This document shows, piece after piece, positions 1 to 18,347 of a stretch of DNA of 64,000 nt. A model generated the notes under the pieces. It was given only the letters and a program-made list of their open reading frames with translations, ran no database searches and was not told where the DNA came from. Made by a program: the position numbers and the translations under genes. The stretch lies in assembly GCF_009914755.1 (NCBI RefSeq), contig NC_060947.1; one strand, written 5' to 3'. The stretch comes from the human T2T-CHM13v2.0 reference genome, Homo sapiens. Each line of letters starts with the position of its first letter. The stretch's first letter is position 1.

Positions 1-1003
1 AGCCTCTGCCTCCCAGGCTCAAGCAATCCTCCCAGCTCAGCCTCCAGAGTAGCTGGGACCACAGGCATGCACCACCACACTTAGCTAATTTTTGTATTTT
101 TTTGTAGAGATGGGGTCTCAGTATGTTTCCCAGGCTGGAGTGCAGCGGCACAATCATAGCTCATAATAGCCTCAAACTCCCAGGCTCGAGTGATCCTCCC
201 ACCTCAGCCACCTAAGTAGCTGGGACCACAGGTGTGTGCCACCATGTCCAGCTACTTTTTTGTATTTTTGGTGGAGACAAGAGTTTTGCCATGTTGCCCA
301 GACTGGTCTCAAACTCCTAAACTCAAGCAATCTGCCTGCCTCGACCTCCCAAAGTGCTGGGATTATAGGCATGGGCCACAGCTCCCAGCTATATTTCTAA
401 AAAACACAAAACTTATTTGAACAAGCCATCTGGGTCTGCTTTGATGAGGGTGTGTCCTCCTGCACATTGTATGTCTCTATCGGGTTGTCCCACAGGAACT
501 TGAAATGCAACTTGTACAGAACCAAGCTTTCATATTTCCTCCTTTCTCAACCCAACCCCACAGGCAGTGGGCTCCTCCTGCTGCTTCCCTGGAGCCAGTC
601 CCCTTCCACTCTGTGCCATAAGTCCTCAGCTGCAGAATTAGCTTTGCATTATCCTTCACACCACACGAACTGCCCTCCTTCCTCCGGCTCCCTTCTAGCC
701 CCCTTTCCCCACTGTCACCAAAGTCATCTTTCTAAGATGGAAATCAAATTGAAGCGGCCTCTTGTCTGGAGAGGGTGATGGAGGGGATAATTACGGTGAC
801 CCCACTTGGCTTCCATCTTTTGCTGGTGTCACCCACTGACTCTGTTGATGCAGTTCATACAGGTCAGCCTCCCGGGCCACGGGAGAGGATGGAGAAGGTG
901 GAAAGTGGGATTTTGATAGTAGAAGCAGAAGATACACAGCACCGCAACTAGCCAAAATGAAACAGATTGCTCTCCAACCTGCCTTTGCTGAACGTGCATG
1001 TAC

Positions 1004-1267
<264 letters not shown>

Positions 1268-1849
1268 TGAGGTCCACACCGCCTCTGGATGCCTATGCCC
1301 TTGTGCTTTGACCATTTGATGATGCCTCCTTAAACTTTTCTGTAACCATAGGCCAGTGTGGCCTCCAAGAGAAAGTGTTGCTGGAGCCGAGGCATGGATC
1401 ATGAGAAGAGGAATCTGTGCAGAGATCTAGAGGGGGGGCCACTCTATGCAGAAGAAAACAGCAAGTTCAAAGCTCTGAAACAGAAGAGAGCTTGGGTGAA
1501 ATGTTTGAGAAACAGACAGTAATCATGCAATCCAGTGTGCAGAGCTGAATGCTTGTCCATAACGAGAATGATCAGCTCCACAACCCCACACATAAACAGC
1601 CCTCCATCACTGGGTGGGAAAGGAAGCCTTACTTTGACAATGTGTTTCAGTTCTCTGGATCTGCTGGCTCATCTGTGAAGTGGGAGGCTTGGCTGGATCG
1701 AGCCTCAATTCACCTTCTACTCTAAAAAGGTCTAACTCTTTCATCCTACAAGGAAAACAGCTGCCAGTGTCATTAGTTTATTTGAAAATACTGAGTGGGC
1801 ATCTGCTATGTGTTCACTATGGAGCCAGGGCAGCCCACACTGTCAGTGC

Positions 1850-2955
<1,106 letters not shown>

Positions 2956-3324
2956 TAAGACAGGTAGTTACAATAAGAGATACCAAGGACTGCAAAATGT
3001 GTCTCCACCCACAATGACCTGACCATCCAGTTAGTTGTTTTCAAAGATAGACACGAAAGCCTTAAAACTTTTGATCCAGCAGCCCAACTTCTAAGAATAT
3101 CCTTTGGAAAGAATCACACTTGTGCACAAAATGTTCATCTTTCATCAAAGCACTGAGAATAATAGATAAAACCAGAAAAATGTAAATATCCGATGGTAGG
3201 GAGATGATTAAATAATACAACAAAATACAACAAAATATGATACGGTCATTCGAAATTATGTAGTAGAATGTTCCTTAATGATATGTACATGGTTCTGCAG
3301 CAGCATTTAAAAAGAGTTACAGTG

Positions 3325-3639
<315 letters not shown>

Positions 3640-3829
3640 ATTTCTGCCACATATCATTTTTGTTAATAATATATTTGTATTTAGAAAAAAATACTAGAAA
3701 GCTAAAACACCAAAAGTTTGACAGTTGCTTGCAGTTTCTCTTCTCTGGGTTTATCTGTATTTTTCACTTTCTGAAAAGAACGTGCATTTTCTTTTCAGGC
3801 AATGCATGATTTATTTTCATAGTCTAAGA

Positions 3830-4050
3830 CCATGTTCCTCAACTCCAGCACTGTTGACATTTGGTAACATGTTGTTCTTTGTTGCGGGCTTTCCTGTGTG
3901 CTGTGAGATGTTTAGCAGTGTCTCTGGCCTCGTCCCACCAGATGCCAGTAGCACCCTCCTCCCCAAGCAGTGACAACCAAAAATGTCTCCAGACACTGCC
4001 AAATGGCTCCTAGGGACAAAATCACTCCTGAGATTTTGAGAACCACAGGT
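3830..4050. mobile_element. MER20 hAT-type DNA transposon MITE
   Basis: Characteristic CCAGATGCCAGTAGCACC...GTGACAACCAAAAATGTCTCCAGACA...TTGAGAACCAC. Confidence 0.8.
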
Positions 4051-7018
4051 CTAAGAGAACCTGAAACCATAAAACGTATCAATGAATGACCATGAAATGA
4101 AATAAGATTATTCAAACTTTGTTTCAGATTTGCATGATATTTTTTTCATTTTGAAGAAACCAGCGTCCTGCCAACATTTAACCTAAAACCATACTTATTC
4201 CAGAAGATGAGGCCACGTCCTCAAATGTGTAAAACAGTAGCAAACAAGAAGTGCCAAGATGCAGGAGCCACGTTTCCCCTTTTAAACTCCTTTGTCCACT
4301 TGCTACAAGTTTGAGACCTCCAGAAGCTGAAGTCGGGCCAGCCTCACAGGGCATCTATTTCCCATTCGTCCTCACACTGGACCAAGAACAGGAGAGAAAC
4401 AGAACCCTCTGACATGTTCTCTATCCAAGGCTTCCTAAGGACCCTCATTCGGACTGATGGACTGTGGTTTCTTGTACGTACACAGATGCAGCTGACGCAA
4501 GGGTTTTGTGATACAGTATTAGTCTGAGTGGAGAAGATTCCATGAACATGTCATCTAGTACCATTCTAGGCTCTGAGAGGAGCACCATGTTCAAGATACC
4601 TACCCTTGGAGGGTCCTCCCATTCTAGTGAGGAACACCCACGACAAACACATGAACAAAATCATTCCACGGAGCAGATGGGTCTAGTCACGGGGAAAAGT
4701 CACTTGGCGGCAGCAGGGAGGGGCAGCTTTATCTGGTGACACCAGCTGAGCCCTCAGGGCAGAGAAGGGGGCATCTATGCAGAGATCTGGGCGTCGGCTG
4801 GTGAAAGAGCTCGGAGCCTGGAACAAGTGGGAGTATTGGAGGAACAGAAGGGAGAGACGATGTGGCCAGGCTACAGCCAACAGAAGGCCAGTGAGGAGGG
4901 GAGAAGTCGGGGTCCGATCAGGTCATGCCTTAATAGGTCCTGGTAAGAACTCTGGCTTTTACTCTAATTGCAGTGGGAAAGCACCGGTGCGCATTAAGCA
5001 GGGGAGGGACAAGATCTGGTTTATGCTTTTGGAAGACACCCTTGACTGCCGCATAGAGAGTGGACAGGAGCAGGACAAGGCTGCTACTTAACCTCCGCAA
5101 GAAGCCCAGATGAGAGACATGGACAAGCGTGGCCCAACTAGGTGCAGAGGTGGAGGCAGTGACAGACGCAGTCCTGTTTAGAAGAAGGCTCTAGAACTGT
5201 GTGGGAAAGCTCAGGTGCCGTGGAGCACAGCTGAGGAGTGGCGGTAGTGTGGCACTCAGGGCTTTGCAAAGCTCCAGGGTGTGAAGCGGTGACTGATGAC
5301 AGAGACCATGAATGCCAGGGCGCTGGACACCCATTTTGATTTTTAAATAGGCTAATACGGCATCTTGTAACATCCCTGCGAGTCAAAGCCCAGGGCCCCA
5401 GGAGTTCCCAGCTGTGTGAGCAATGCAGACCAGGGGCCAAAGCGCAGCCCAGTGCCAGGAAGAGCCCTGGATTTGTCTTTGACCAATCCCTAATCAGTGG
5501 CTGATGCCTAAAACACCACCATTTGAGATTTCTTTGGAGTTTAGGTCTTTAGCTGGGAAGAAAACGCAAATTCCCTTCCCAAAGGCAAAACAGAAGGTGG
5601 TGAGGGAGACTGGACCTGAAGTTAGCAGTGTGACCGTGAACTTGAGGGCAGTCAGACGGAGAGGCCGGTCAGGACAGAAGATTCGGATTTCCGATTTAGA
5701 AACAGCTTTCGGGCTGTGGAACTGGAAATAATCAGGGGTACATTAGCTGGTGAGCCTCCAGGAAAGCAGGCTTTGATGGAATGAGGGAACAGGACTCTGT
5801 GGCTTCGGGGGATCTCAAAAAGGAGGAGGCAGCAATTAGCACCAGAAAGAGCCTCCAGCTGGCAGGAAGGGAGCTTGGCTGCTTCCCAGGTTTCCTAAGC
5901 GAGCTCCAGCCTGGCCTCGAGTGTGTCTGGTCTGCAAATCACCGGGCCCTTGCCTTGTCCTTCTGCAGCTGCTGGTGCAGCCCAGCCTTGGGCAGAGTGA
6001 GACACTCCCTTCTGGGATGAATCCTGTGGGGACCCTAAAGGCAGCTTTTCCAGGCTCCTCTGGGCCATCAACCCAGTTAATTGGAAAACCATGTTCCTGA
6101 ATAACTAAGTTACTGAAATAGTTTCAATAGCTTCTGAAAGCACAATCAAACCTAATTTTCTTACTGAGTTTCTTTTTTTTGAGACAGGGTCTCACTCTGT
6201 CGCCTAGGCTGGAGTGCAGTGGTGCAATCTCAGATCACTACAGCCCGGGTTCAAGTGATCCTCCCACCTCAGCCTCCCAAATAGCTAGGACTACAGGTCT
6301 TACTTTTTAAAAATAAACTTAATTTTGCTTATGTTTTAGTTCACTATTTTTTAAAAAAAATCTCAACTTGAAGGCATTGAAAAGAACATCGTTATTCCAG
6401 TCTTGATCACATTTCCCCCTACCCGTCCAACTGTCTCAGCCTCCCAAGTAGCTGGGACTACAGGCGCCTGCCACCACGCCCAGCTGGTTTTTGTATTTTT
6501 AGTAGAGACGGGGTTTCACCATGTTGGCCAGGCTGGTCTCGAACTCCTGACCTCAGGTGATCTGCCACCTCGGCCTCTCAAAGTACTCAGATTACAGGCA
6601 TGAGCCACCATGTCCAGCCTCACGTTTTTAATTCATTCTTCCTATTATGCATCAACTACTGTAGTAGAGGTTGAGGAGATTGAAAAATTAGATTATTTGA
6701 TTTCTGCCCCAGAGGATCTACTACTGGTAGGAATAATGTGCAAACAAGTCATTAAAATGCAAAGAATAAGCCCTATATTAAGATATATTCAAATCATATG
6801 TACTAAATTTTAACTTACATTTTAATTTACCAAGTAAATAAATTCTATAAGTTTATCACCATGTATTAATATGGTTCTTGACTAAATTCCAAGAGAATTC
6901 CAGACACGTGACAAATTTTCTCATTATGTTACAGCACCACCTGTGGAATTCTTATGTAACTGCAGAGCTGGCTTTTTATTTCTTATGTTAGATGTGGACT
7001 TTTTACATAATTGCATAA

Positions 7019-7830
<812 letters not shown>

Positions 7831-8036
7831 TTTTTCTTATTAATGAGATTGGAGTGCCACCTAGTAACATTTTCTTGTAATTGCACACAGATATGTTTTT
7901 CTTATTACTCTGATTACATCGCCCCCTGATGGAATTTGCCTGCAATTGCTTATGAGGGTCTTCCCTATTACTCAGGTTAGAGTGCCACCAGGTAGAATTG
8001 TCGCGTAATTGCAGGACAAATATGTTTTTCCCACTA

Positions 8037-9005
<969 letters not shown>

Positions 9006-10971
9006 AAGTCCTCAACTCCTTAAATTTTAGTTGCCCACATAAGTGGGTTCTTTCCTATATGATTTTCGCAATTCTTTCATCTTTGAAGAACTGTAGAGAT
9101 TTGAAATCTTGGCTTTCTGGAGCCTTTCCAAAGAACTCAGGATACCTTTTTTTTTTTTGAGTTGGGGTCTCACTATGTTGCCCAGGCTGGTCTCAAACTC
9201 TGTGCTCAAGTGATCCTCCCGACTCCTGAGTAGCTGGGACCACAGGCATGTGCCACTGTGTGCAGCTCGGGATATCTTTTGATTAAATCTACCAGTTGCT
9301 TTTGAAAACAGTTTTTACAACCTGATCTAAGTCACTTTACAATGTAGGGTTTTGTCTGGTTTTTATAGCCCTGCATCCTAGAATAGGCACTCTTGAAATA
9401 TCTGTTGGACGAGTGAATGAATGTGGCCCTTTGACACCATGTCAGTTGGATAAATAGGGTTGTGTCCCACAATTAAAGCAGATGAAGCTCTTTGTCTCCT
9501 TCCTTCTCTATAACCTATTATGCTACAAAAAAAGAAGTCATAGACAGAATTCTATCCAGATCATTTATTTATGCAGGCACAAAATGTGCCATACATCCTG
9601 TTCCCTTAAGCTTGGCAAGGGCCTGTTCTCTCCTTCTGGGAACCGTGACAAGCTTCTTCATGAAGTGTTGATCCCAGGCAGACCCAAACAGGTGGCTTGT
9701 CAGACGGTTAGACTCTATTCACACGAGGGCTGGCGGCCCTGAGAGTCTTTTGAGCCAACTGCATATATATATATTTTTTTGAGACGAAGTCTCACTCTGT
9801 CACCCAGGCTGGAGTGCAGTGGCGTGATCTCAGCTCACTGCAACCTCTGCCTCCTGGGTTCAAGTGTACCCTCCCTGGCTCAGTGTAACCCGCACGGACC
9901 TAGGGGGACTGAACAAAGGGGACTGAACGTGGGAATAAAAGACAAGAGACAAAATAATACATTTGGAAGAAGGGGTCAGTGGCACCTCAGCTTCCCAAAG
10001 TGCTGGGATTACAGGCGTGAGCCACTGCTCCAAGCCAGAAGATAGAAATTTCTAAGCTTTGCTTTACCAGTGAGGACCCAGGTCACCAAGAAGTGAAAAG
10101 ATTTGCATATTTACTTATAGTCACAAGATTCTAGTATAGTGCTCATTAAGGATGGGGCTCTGTCTTAAGTGCCTGACAAATATTAATCCATATAAGCTTT
10201 ATGACAGCCAGCCCTATGAGATGAATGTTGTCATTATGCTCCATTTAAAGACGAGGAAACCGAAGCACAGAGAGTTTAGGCAAATTGCCCGAGGTCACAC
10301 AGCTGGTAAGTCGTTGAGCCAGGATTTGAGACCAGGCAGACTGGTGCCAGAGTCCAGATGCTAGGCCGCCTCTCCGTAGGACAGTTCTTAGGTTTCCAAA
10401 GGCTGCTTCCGTTTGGGGATCAGCCACAGAAAATGATTGATAGTAACTTCAGGCCAGACTCATCAGTGTGTGCCTAAAATCTTCCCTATTAAAATATGTA
10501 TTTTTCCACATATCTCCATTGGATAATAGAAAGACATGATGGGCCGAGTGCAGTGGATCATGCCTTTGATTTCAGCACTTTGTGAGGTTGAGGTGGGAGG
10601 ATCGCTTGAGCCCAGGAGTTCGAGACTTGCCTGGGCAACATAGCGAGACCCTGTCTCTATTTTAAAAATCATATAGAAAGATATGCTCATACTCACTGTG
10701 GTTCACCTATCTTAGATTCAGGAACCCCGTGCTCTCCTGAACACACTATGGCACCTCCTTCCATTAATTTCCTTTAGGATCCTGTCATGAGAGGGCACAG
10801 CTCATCTTCCATATTTACAAAATGCAAAGCTGACATGAACATCCTTCTCTGGCTTCCCATTATTCTTAGGAAAAGTGTCTAAATCTTTAATGAGGTCTAA
10901 CAGGACCAGGACAATCTATTGCCAACCTCGTGCTCAGCGCTCAGACCACAGCTAGAAGGTCTCCTCCTCAG

Positions 10972-11670
<699 letters not shown>

Positions 11671-11941
11671 CATTACAAATCCCCCAACAGCTTGATCTAG
11701 TACTTCCTCAGGGGTTACAACACAGGGATATTAAAATTATATGGTTCCTTTTTTATTTACTGCTGGAAATTATTCTATAAAGAACTATTCCTCATCAACT
11801 GTTTGTTGACATTGAAATTCAGTCTATGTAAGAAAGACAGGATAAATCCTTGGTTCTTTCCCTTTGCCAGATTTCAGAATAATTACTATTGGGCTGGTCT
11901 TTGCTTCTAGGTATTTCCAGTGGAGAGAGTTAAGATACACA

Positions 11942-11975
<34 letters not shown>

Positions 11976-12277
11976 TCGTTTTTGCTTTGAGACACAGTCT
12001 CATTCTGTTGCTCAGGCTAGAGTGCACTGGCACGATGATGGCTCACTGCAGCCTCCACTTCCCAGGCACAGGTGATCCTCCTACCTTGGCCTCCCTAGTA
12101 GCTAGGACTGCTGGTATGCGCCACCATGGCCGGCTAATTTTTTATATCGTGTAGAGACAGGGTCTTACCATGTTGCCCAGGCTGGTCTTGAACTCCTGAG
12201 CTCAAGTGATCTGCCCACCTTGGCCTCCTAAAGTACTGGGATTACAAGTGTGAGCTACCGAGCCTAGCCAAGATGTA

Positions 12278-12308
<31 letters not shown>

Positions 12309-13717
12309 ATCTTGAGGGGGGGAAATAATCATGAGTTTATACTGATATTTCCAATTCAAATTCAGGACCTCTTGGCTTTGACCTGTTGAATTTTACATTT
12401 GTGTCTCTGTTTTTTATACTGAAAATCTTGGTTCCCAATGGCATTAACATAATTATATATTTACTTTATCAGTGTGGGTATGTGCAGTCTTAAATAATAA
12501 CACCTGACAAATGAGAACAATTTAAGATTTTTTTCTGTAGAGATGGGGTCTCCCTATGTTGCCTAGGCTGGTCTCAAACTCCCGGGTTCAAATGATCCTC
12601 CCACCTCAGCCTCCCAAAGTGCTAGGATTACAGGTGTGAGCCTCGCCTTAAGATTTTTTTTTCCAGTTCCTTTTGTCTTTAGGCTATACCCCACCAGGCA
12701 TATGCAGTCACATTGCTGTGGTGTGAAATAACTTGAAATCATTCTCTGCGGGGTTATGCTGACAACTTGGTATGTTATTAAATTGGTTTGTTATATTTCA
12801 TTTCCATTGTTATGTCATTGTGTTTTATGGTCGTGTAAAAACATTTATATGGTTCCAAAGTTAAAATGACCCCTAGCCATAATCCTTTCACCAGCTGCTG
12901 CTTAGTACCTCAAAGACATTTGCAAAGATTTGTTGACTTTTATGACACATGTATATGATTGTCCTACTCTAATTCATCTGCTGGGGGATGGGTGTTTCTT
13001 ACTGGAAAACCGGAGACATGTCAAGGAGCATGATTTGCCTTAAAGCTCAGCTTGATCGAATACTTGTAGGGTGATTCGCTAACGAAAGGTAAAAAGGCAT
13101 ATTTCAGGGTCTCTAATCAAAATTGCCCTGCTTCACCCAGATACGTTTTTTTTGTTTTGTTTTTTAGAGAGATGGGGTCTCGCCCTGTCACCCAGGCCGC
13201 CATGCAGCGATGCCGCCATAGCTTACTGCAGCCTCAAACTCCTAGGCTCAAGCAATCCTCCCTCGTCAGCATCCCTAGTAGCTGGGACTACAGGCATGCA
13301 ACACCATACCAGACTAATTATTTTATTTTTTGTACAGACGAGTATCACTTTGTGGCCCAGGCTGGCCTCAAACTCCTGGCCTCAAGTGATCCTCCTGCCT
13401 TGGTCTCCCAAAGTGCTGGGATTACAATTTCCCCCAAGATTAACGAGCCCTCCTTTCTTAAGACTTTCTCTTCCCGCCTTTTGCAAATCTTTCTTTCTCT
13501 CCGGCCTCCTCTCCTGATACAAGAGTCTTTTGTGAATGTTCTAGCGCGTTACTATAGCCTATAGTTATTATAGCCTATAGTTAATGACTATAACATTACT
13601 ATAACGTTACTATAGCCTATAGTTAATGACTATTAACCACAATCATCACCTGTCACCACTTGACACAGCATCTCACAGTGTCCCTCACCTTCAAAGTTGC
13701 TTCCAACTCTGCTTTCA

Positions 13718-14413
<696 letters not shown>

Positions 14414-16299
14414 TCATTGAAAAATTGGTTACTTTGTTTCTGCACTGCAAAGTTACTTTAAACTTTGTAATGAATCTAGTGGAGAGATCATTTGAGATGA
14501 GGCAAATGTCCTGTTTCTCATCATACATTTACCCACTAATTTTAGCCTGTATTGATGATAATTCTCACCTGCAACAGTTACTGTGGTCTTTGCCAAATGG
14601 TGATTTTCTTTTTCTATTTTCATCATTCCTTCTATATTAATTAATTGGAATTCTACTGTAAGGAAAAGTTGTTCCTTCTAACCCATTGATTTGTTCAATC
14701 ATGTATTTAAGTAGGACCTATATTTTACTTGTTCCTTGCTATATCTTCAGTGTGTAGTACAGTGTCTGACACAAAATCGGTGCTCAATAATAGGTGTTGG
14801 ATGAATGAGCAAATGAATGAATGAATTCATATTCATATGGCCTACAGAGTTCCCGTACATGCACAACCAATATCACCACCCCGTGGAGATGACTCCCAAA
14901 TTAATATTTTTAGCAAATGTTCCAGACTTACAACTCCAACTTCCCGGGGGACATCTTCAGATAGCTGTGCCACTGCCACCACCAGGTCAACATGTCCCAA
15001 ACCATTCAGACCAGCTTTTTCTCCTGAGCTGGACATCTGGCCTCCAACCTTTTCATTCTCTTTTACCTTTCATATTCTATCAGCAGCAGCAGCTGCTGAA
15101 ATCATACCATGCAAGTTTCTCACGTCCATCTCTGCCTTTTAATGGCGCCCTCTCACTCCTTTAAGAAGTTTTCTTCCACTGCAACACGATCTCTCAGTCC
15201 AGAGTCTGGCCCAGTGCCCAAATTATTTCTCTAGCTATGCTGAGAGCTGGTCATGCTTTGAACTTCTGCTTTGAATACTTTCAGTGACACTGGGAGAGAA
15301 TTATCTCATTGGACCATTGTCATTGTTAGAAAATTCATTGTTATGCTGAAATGAAATGATTTTATTCACACACACACACACACACACACAAAATAGCTCT
15401 TCCTCCTGGAACATGACTGGCCTGAAAATGTGTGAAGACATATCCAATCCTCTCTGGTTTTACTGTTCATCCAATTTTCTGTTCTCCTCCTGGCAGGAGG
15501 ATTATATTTCACCTTGTGGAACTCAGACATGGTCGGGTAACTAGCTCTGGTCCGTGAAAATTGAGAGGAAGTGACATGTGTCACTTCTGGGCAGAAGCTT
15601 TGAGAGCCGGTTTAAATGATCCCTTTTCTCTTCATCCATGAGACAAGCTAAGTTCCAGAGAGAGGGTGCCACGCTGTGAGGGACCTGTGTTACGAGTACG
15701 ATGGCTCGCGTCACTTCAAATTCTTGAAATCACTGAAATTTGGAGGTCAGTTGTTACATCATAACCCAGCCAATTCTAGTTAGCCTGTTTTCTTCCTAAC
15801 TTCTTTAATCGTTCTTCATAAGTCACAATCGCAGCCCCTCACCGTTCTGACCACTGTCCCCTGGATTCCACTCAGTTTACTCATTATCCCCCTTAAAATG
15901 TGGAGCCCAAATCTGAACCCGGAACCCCAGGTGCAATCCCACTAGGACACAACACAATGGGTTCCTGAGCCCTTTGATCCTCTGAATAGAGCCCCTTGTT
16001 GCTTTGGTGTTTTGTCTCTGTGTGTGCTTTTATCATCGGCTGAGCCACGCTGTTAACTCGCAGTGAGCCTGTGAACCAATAACTAGAGAAAAAAGATTTT
16101 TCCCATTGTCCTCTCGACATATATTGGGAAACAAATTTTTTGATCCGCGTTCAAGTAGACAGGGCAGAACTGTCCAACTGCTACGTGATCTTTTAAAGAC
16201 AAAGTTAGTGGCAGACCATTTACAGAAACCAGATGTTCTGTCTTTTGGCTCTGAGCATGCTGCTAATCTTCATCATCTAGTGTACTGAACGAGATGTAC

Positions 16300-17150
16300 T
16301 GAACGAGGGCTGCAGAGCTGCAGCACCGGCAGGAGTAGGCGCTCGGTAGGACGGGGCCTGCACAACCTCCCCGGTAGTCAGCAGAGCGGAATCTAGGAAG
16401 GCTCCTTTCCCGCGGCGCCCTGGAGGCGGGGGCCCCACCTTCCCACGCAGGCGCTATCAAGCCCCGCCTCCTCACCCGCCCGCGGCGTGGCGTCGGAAAG
16501 AGCCCTCAGCCCCTCCCTCTCTGGCGCTGATACCCAATGGGCAGCCTCAGGCCTTTAGCGGGGGCGGGGCACCCCCTGGACGCCGTTCTGGTTGGCCCGC
16601 GGCCCGGCGCAGCGCATGACGTTATTACGACTCTGTCACGCCGCGGTGCGACTGAGGCGTGGCGTCTGCTGGGGCACCTGAAGGAGACTTGGGGGCACCC
16701 GCGTCGTGCCTCCTGGGTTGTGAGGAGTCGCCGCTGCCGCCACTGCCTGTGCTTCATGAGGAAGATGCTCGCCGCCGTCTCCCGCGTGCTGTCTGGCGCT
16801 TCTCAGAAGCCGGTGAGACCTCCCGGGCGGGCCGGGATGGGGCGCGAGTGGGGCTGAGGCGGGGCCGGAGGGCAGGGCGGGCCAGGCCGGGCCACCCAGA
16901 GCGGGGTGGAAGGCGCCAGGGGAGCCGGGGAGCCTTTACTTCGCCTCCGCGCCCTGCATTCCGTTCCTGGCCTCGGGAGAAGCGGCACGGACCGGGATCA
17001 CGCCAAGGTCCGTGTGAACTTCCCCCTTCTCGACACCCACCTCCCGCCCCCGGGCCCAGCTGTGCGCCAGGCGAAGTCGGTGTGCTCAAGAGGTGCCTGT
17101 TGGGTTACAGGACACGGAAAGGGTGGCCTCGGCCTCCTTCGAGTCTCCAA
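16300..17150 (+). promoter_or_regulatory. PDHA1: PDHA1 CpG-island promoter and first exon region
   Basis: Sharp rise in GC and CpG around the ATG; GC boxes (GGGGCGGGG), CCAAT at 16534-16538, CRE/ATF-like TGACGTTA at 16617-16624. Confidence 0.85.
16756..16812 (+). CDS. PDHA1: PDHA1 coding exon 1 (mitochondrial transit peptide start, MRKMLAAVSRVLSGASQKP)
   Basis: ATG at 16756, recognised N-terminus, donor GTGAGA at 16813. Confidence 0.97.
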
Positions 17151-17993
17151 TTGACCCCACTCATTTCGGATCTTCTAACTTAATTTCTCTTGACCGAGAG
17201 GCTTTGTAATAGCGTAGAATCTGGAGACAGGGTGGCTTCGTTCAAACAGCACCCTCACCATTGACTAGCCCTGTGACCTTGAGCAAGTTTTTAAACGTCC
17301 CGGGGACCCGGTTTCCTAAAATGTTTGCTCGAAGTGGAGTTAATCTCTAAATGGAGATAAGAGTTATCTCTGAAATGTTATCGGTTATTAAAATGTTATC
17401 AGTTAACTCTAAAATGGAGATAATAAGAGTCCCCACCTCTTGGGGTTGTCTTGAGGATTCAACGAGTGACACGTGTGGAAACGATTCCAAATAGCACCTG
17501 GCACATAATCGATAACATGTGTGTTGAATAGTGTTATTTATTGAGTCTCCAGTTCGGTATACATTTCTTGAACACCTGTGCTCAGTTCTGAGGCGGGTTC
17601 ACAGAAGGTCAGCCTCTTCAGAAACAAACTTCCTCCTCTTCCCTCTCCCTCAACATCTGAGCTTTTCTTGGCAGTGAGTTCAGGAGCGCCGAAGCAGAAC
17701 TCAGAGGACGCTGCCCTCCCCTCCCCTTACCTACACATTCTTAGGGTACAAGTAGCTAAAGCAAAGAGCAACGATGCTTGAGGGGTGGGGGGTAGAGTTT
17801 AGCACTATTTCATGGCCTCAGCATTTAGAGGTGCCTAACACCTGAGCTAGCATTCTGACCCCCCTAGGCACAGTGAGGTCGTGTTAATTGGTGTAACTGC
17901 AGGCCTCGGGATTCTGGTATTTCCCCCAGGACTTGATACCGCTCTACTTAGTACAGGCAGAGATTGTCAAAAGGTAAGAGGTATGCCCCTCTA

Positions 17994-18347
<354 letters not shown>

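Noticed and set aside
16506-17183. Several long ORFs on both strands over the PDHA1 promoter (up to 174 aa)
   Set aside because: High GC content depletes stop codons; only the 57-nt exon 1 segment is supported
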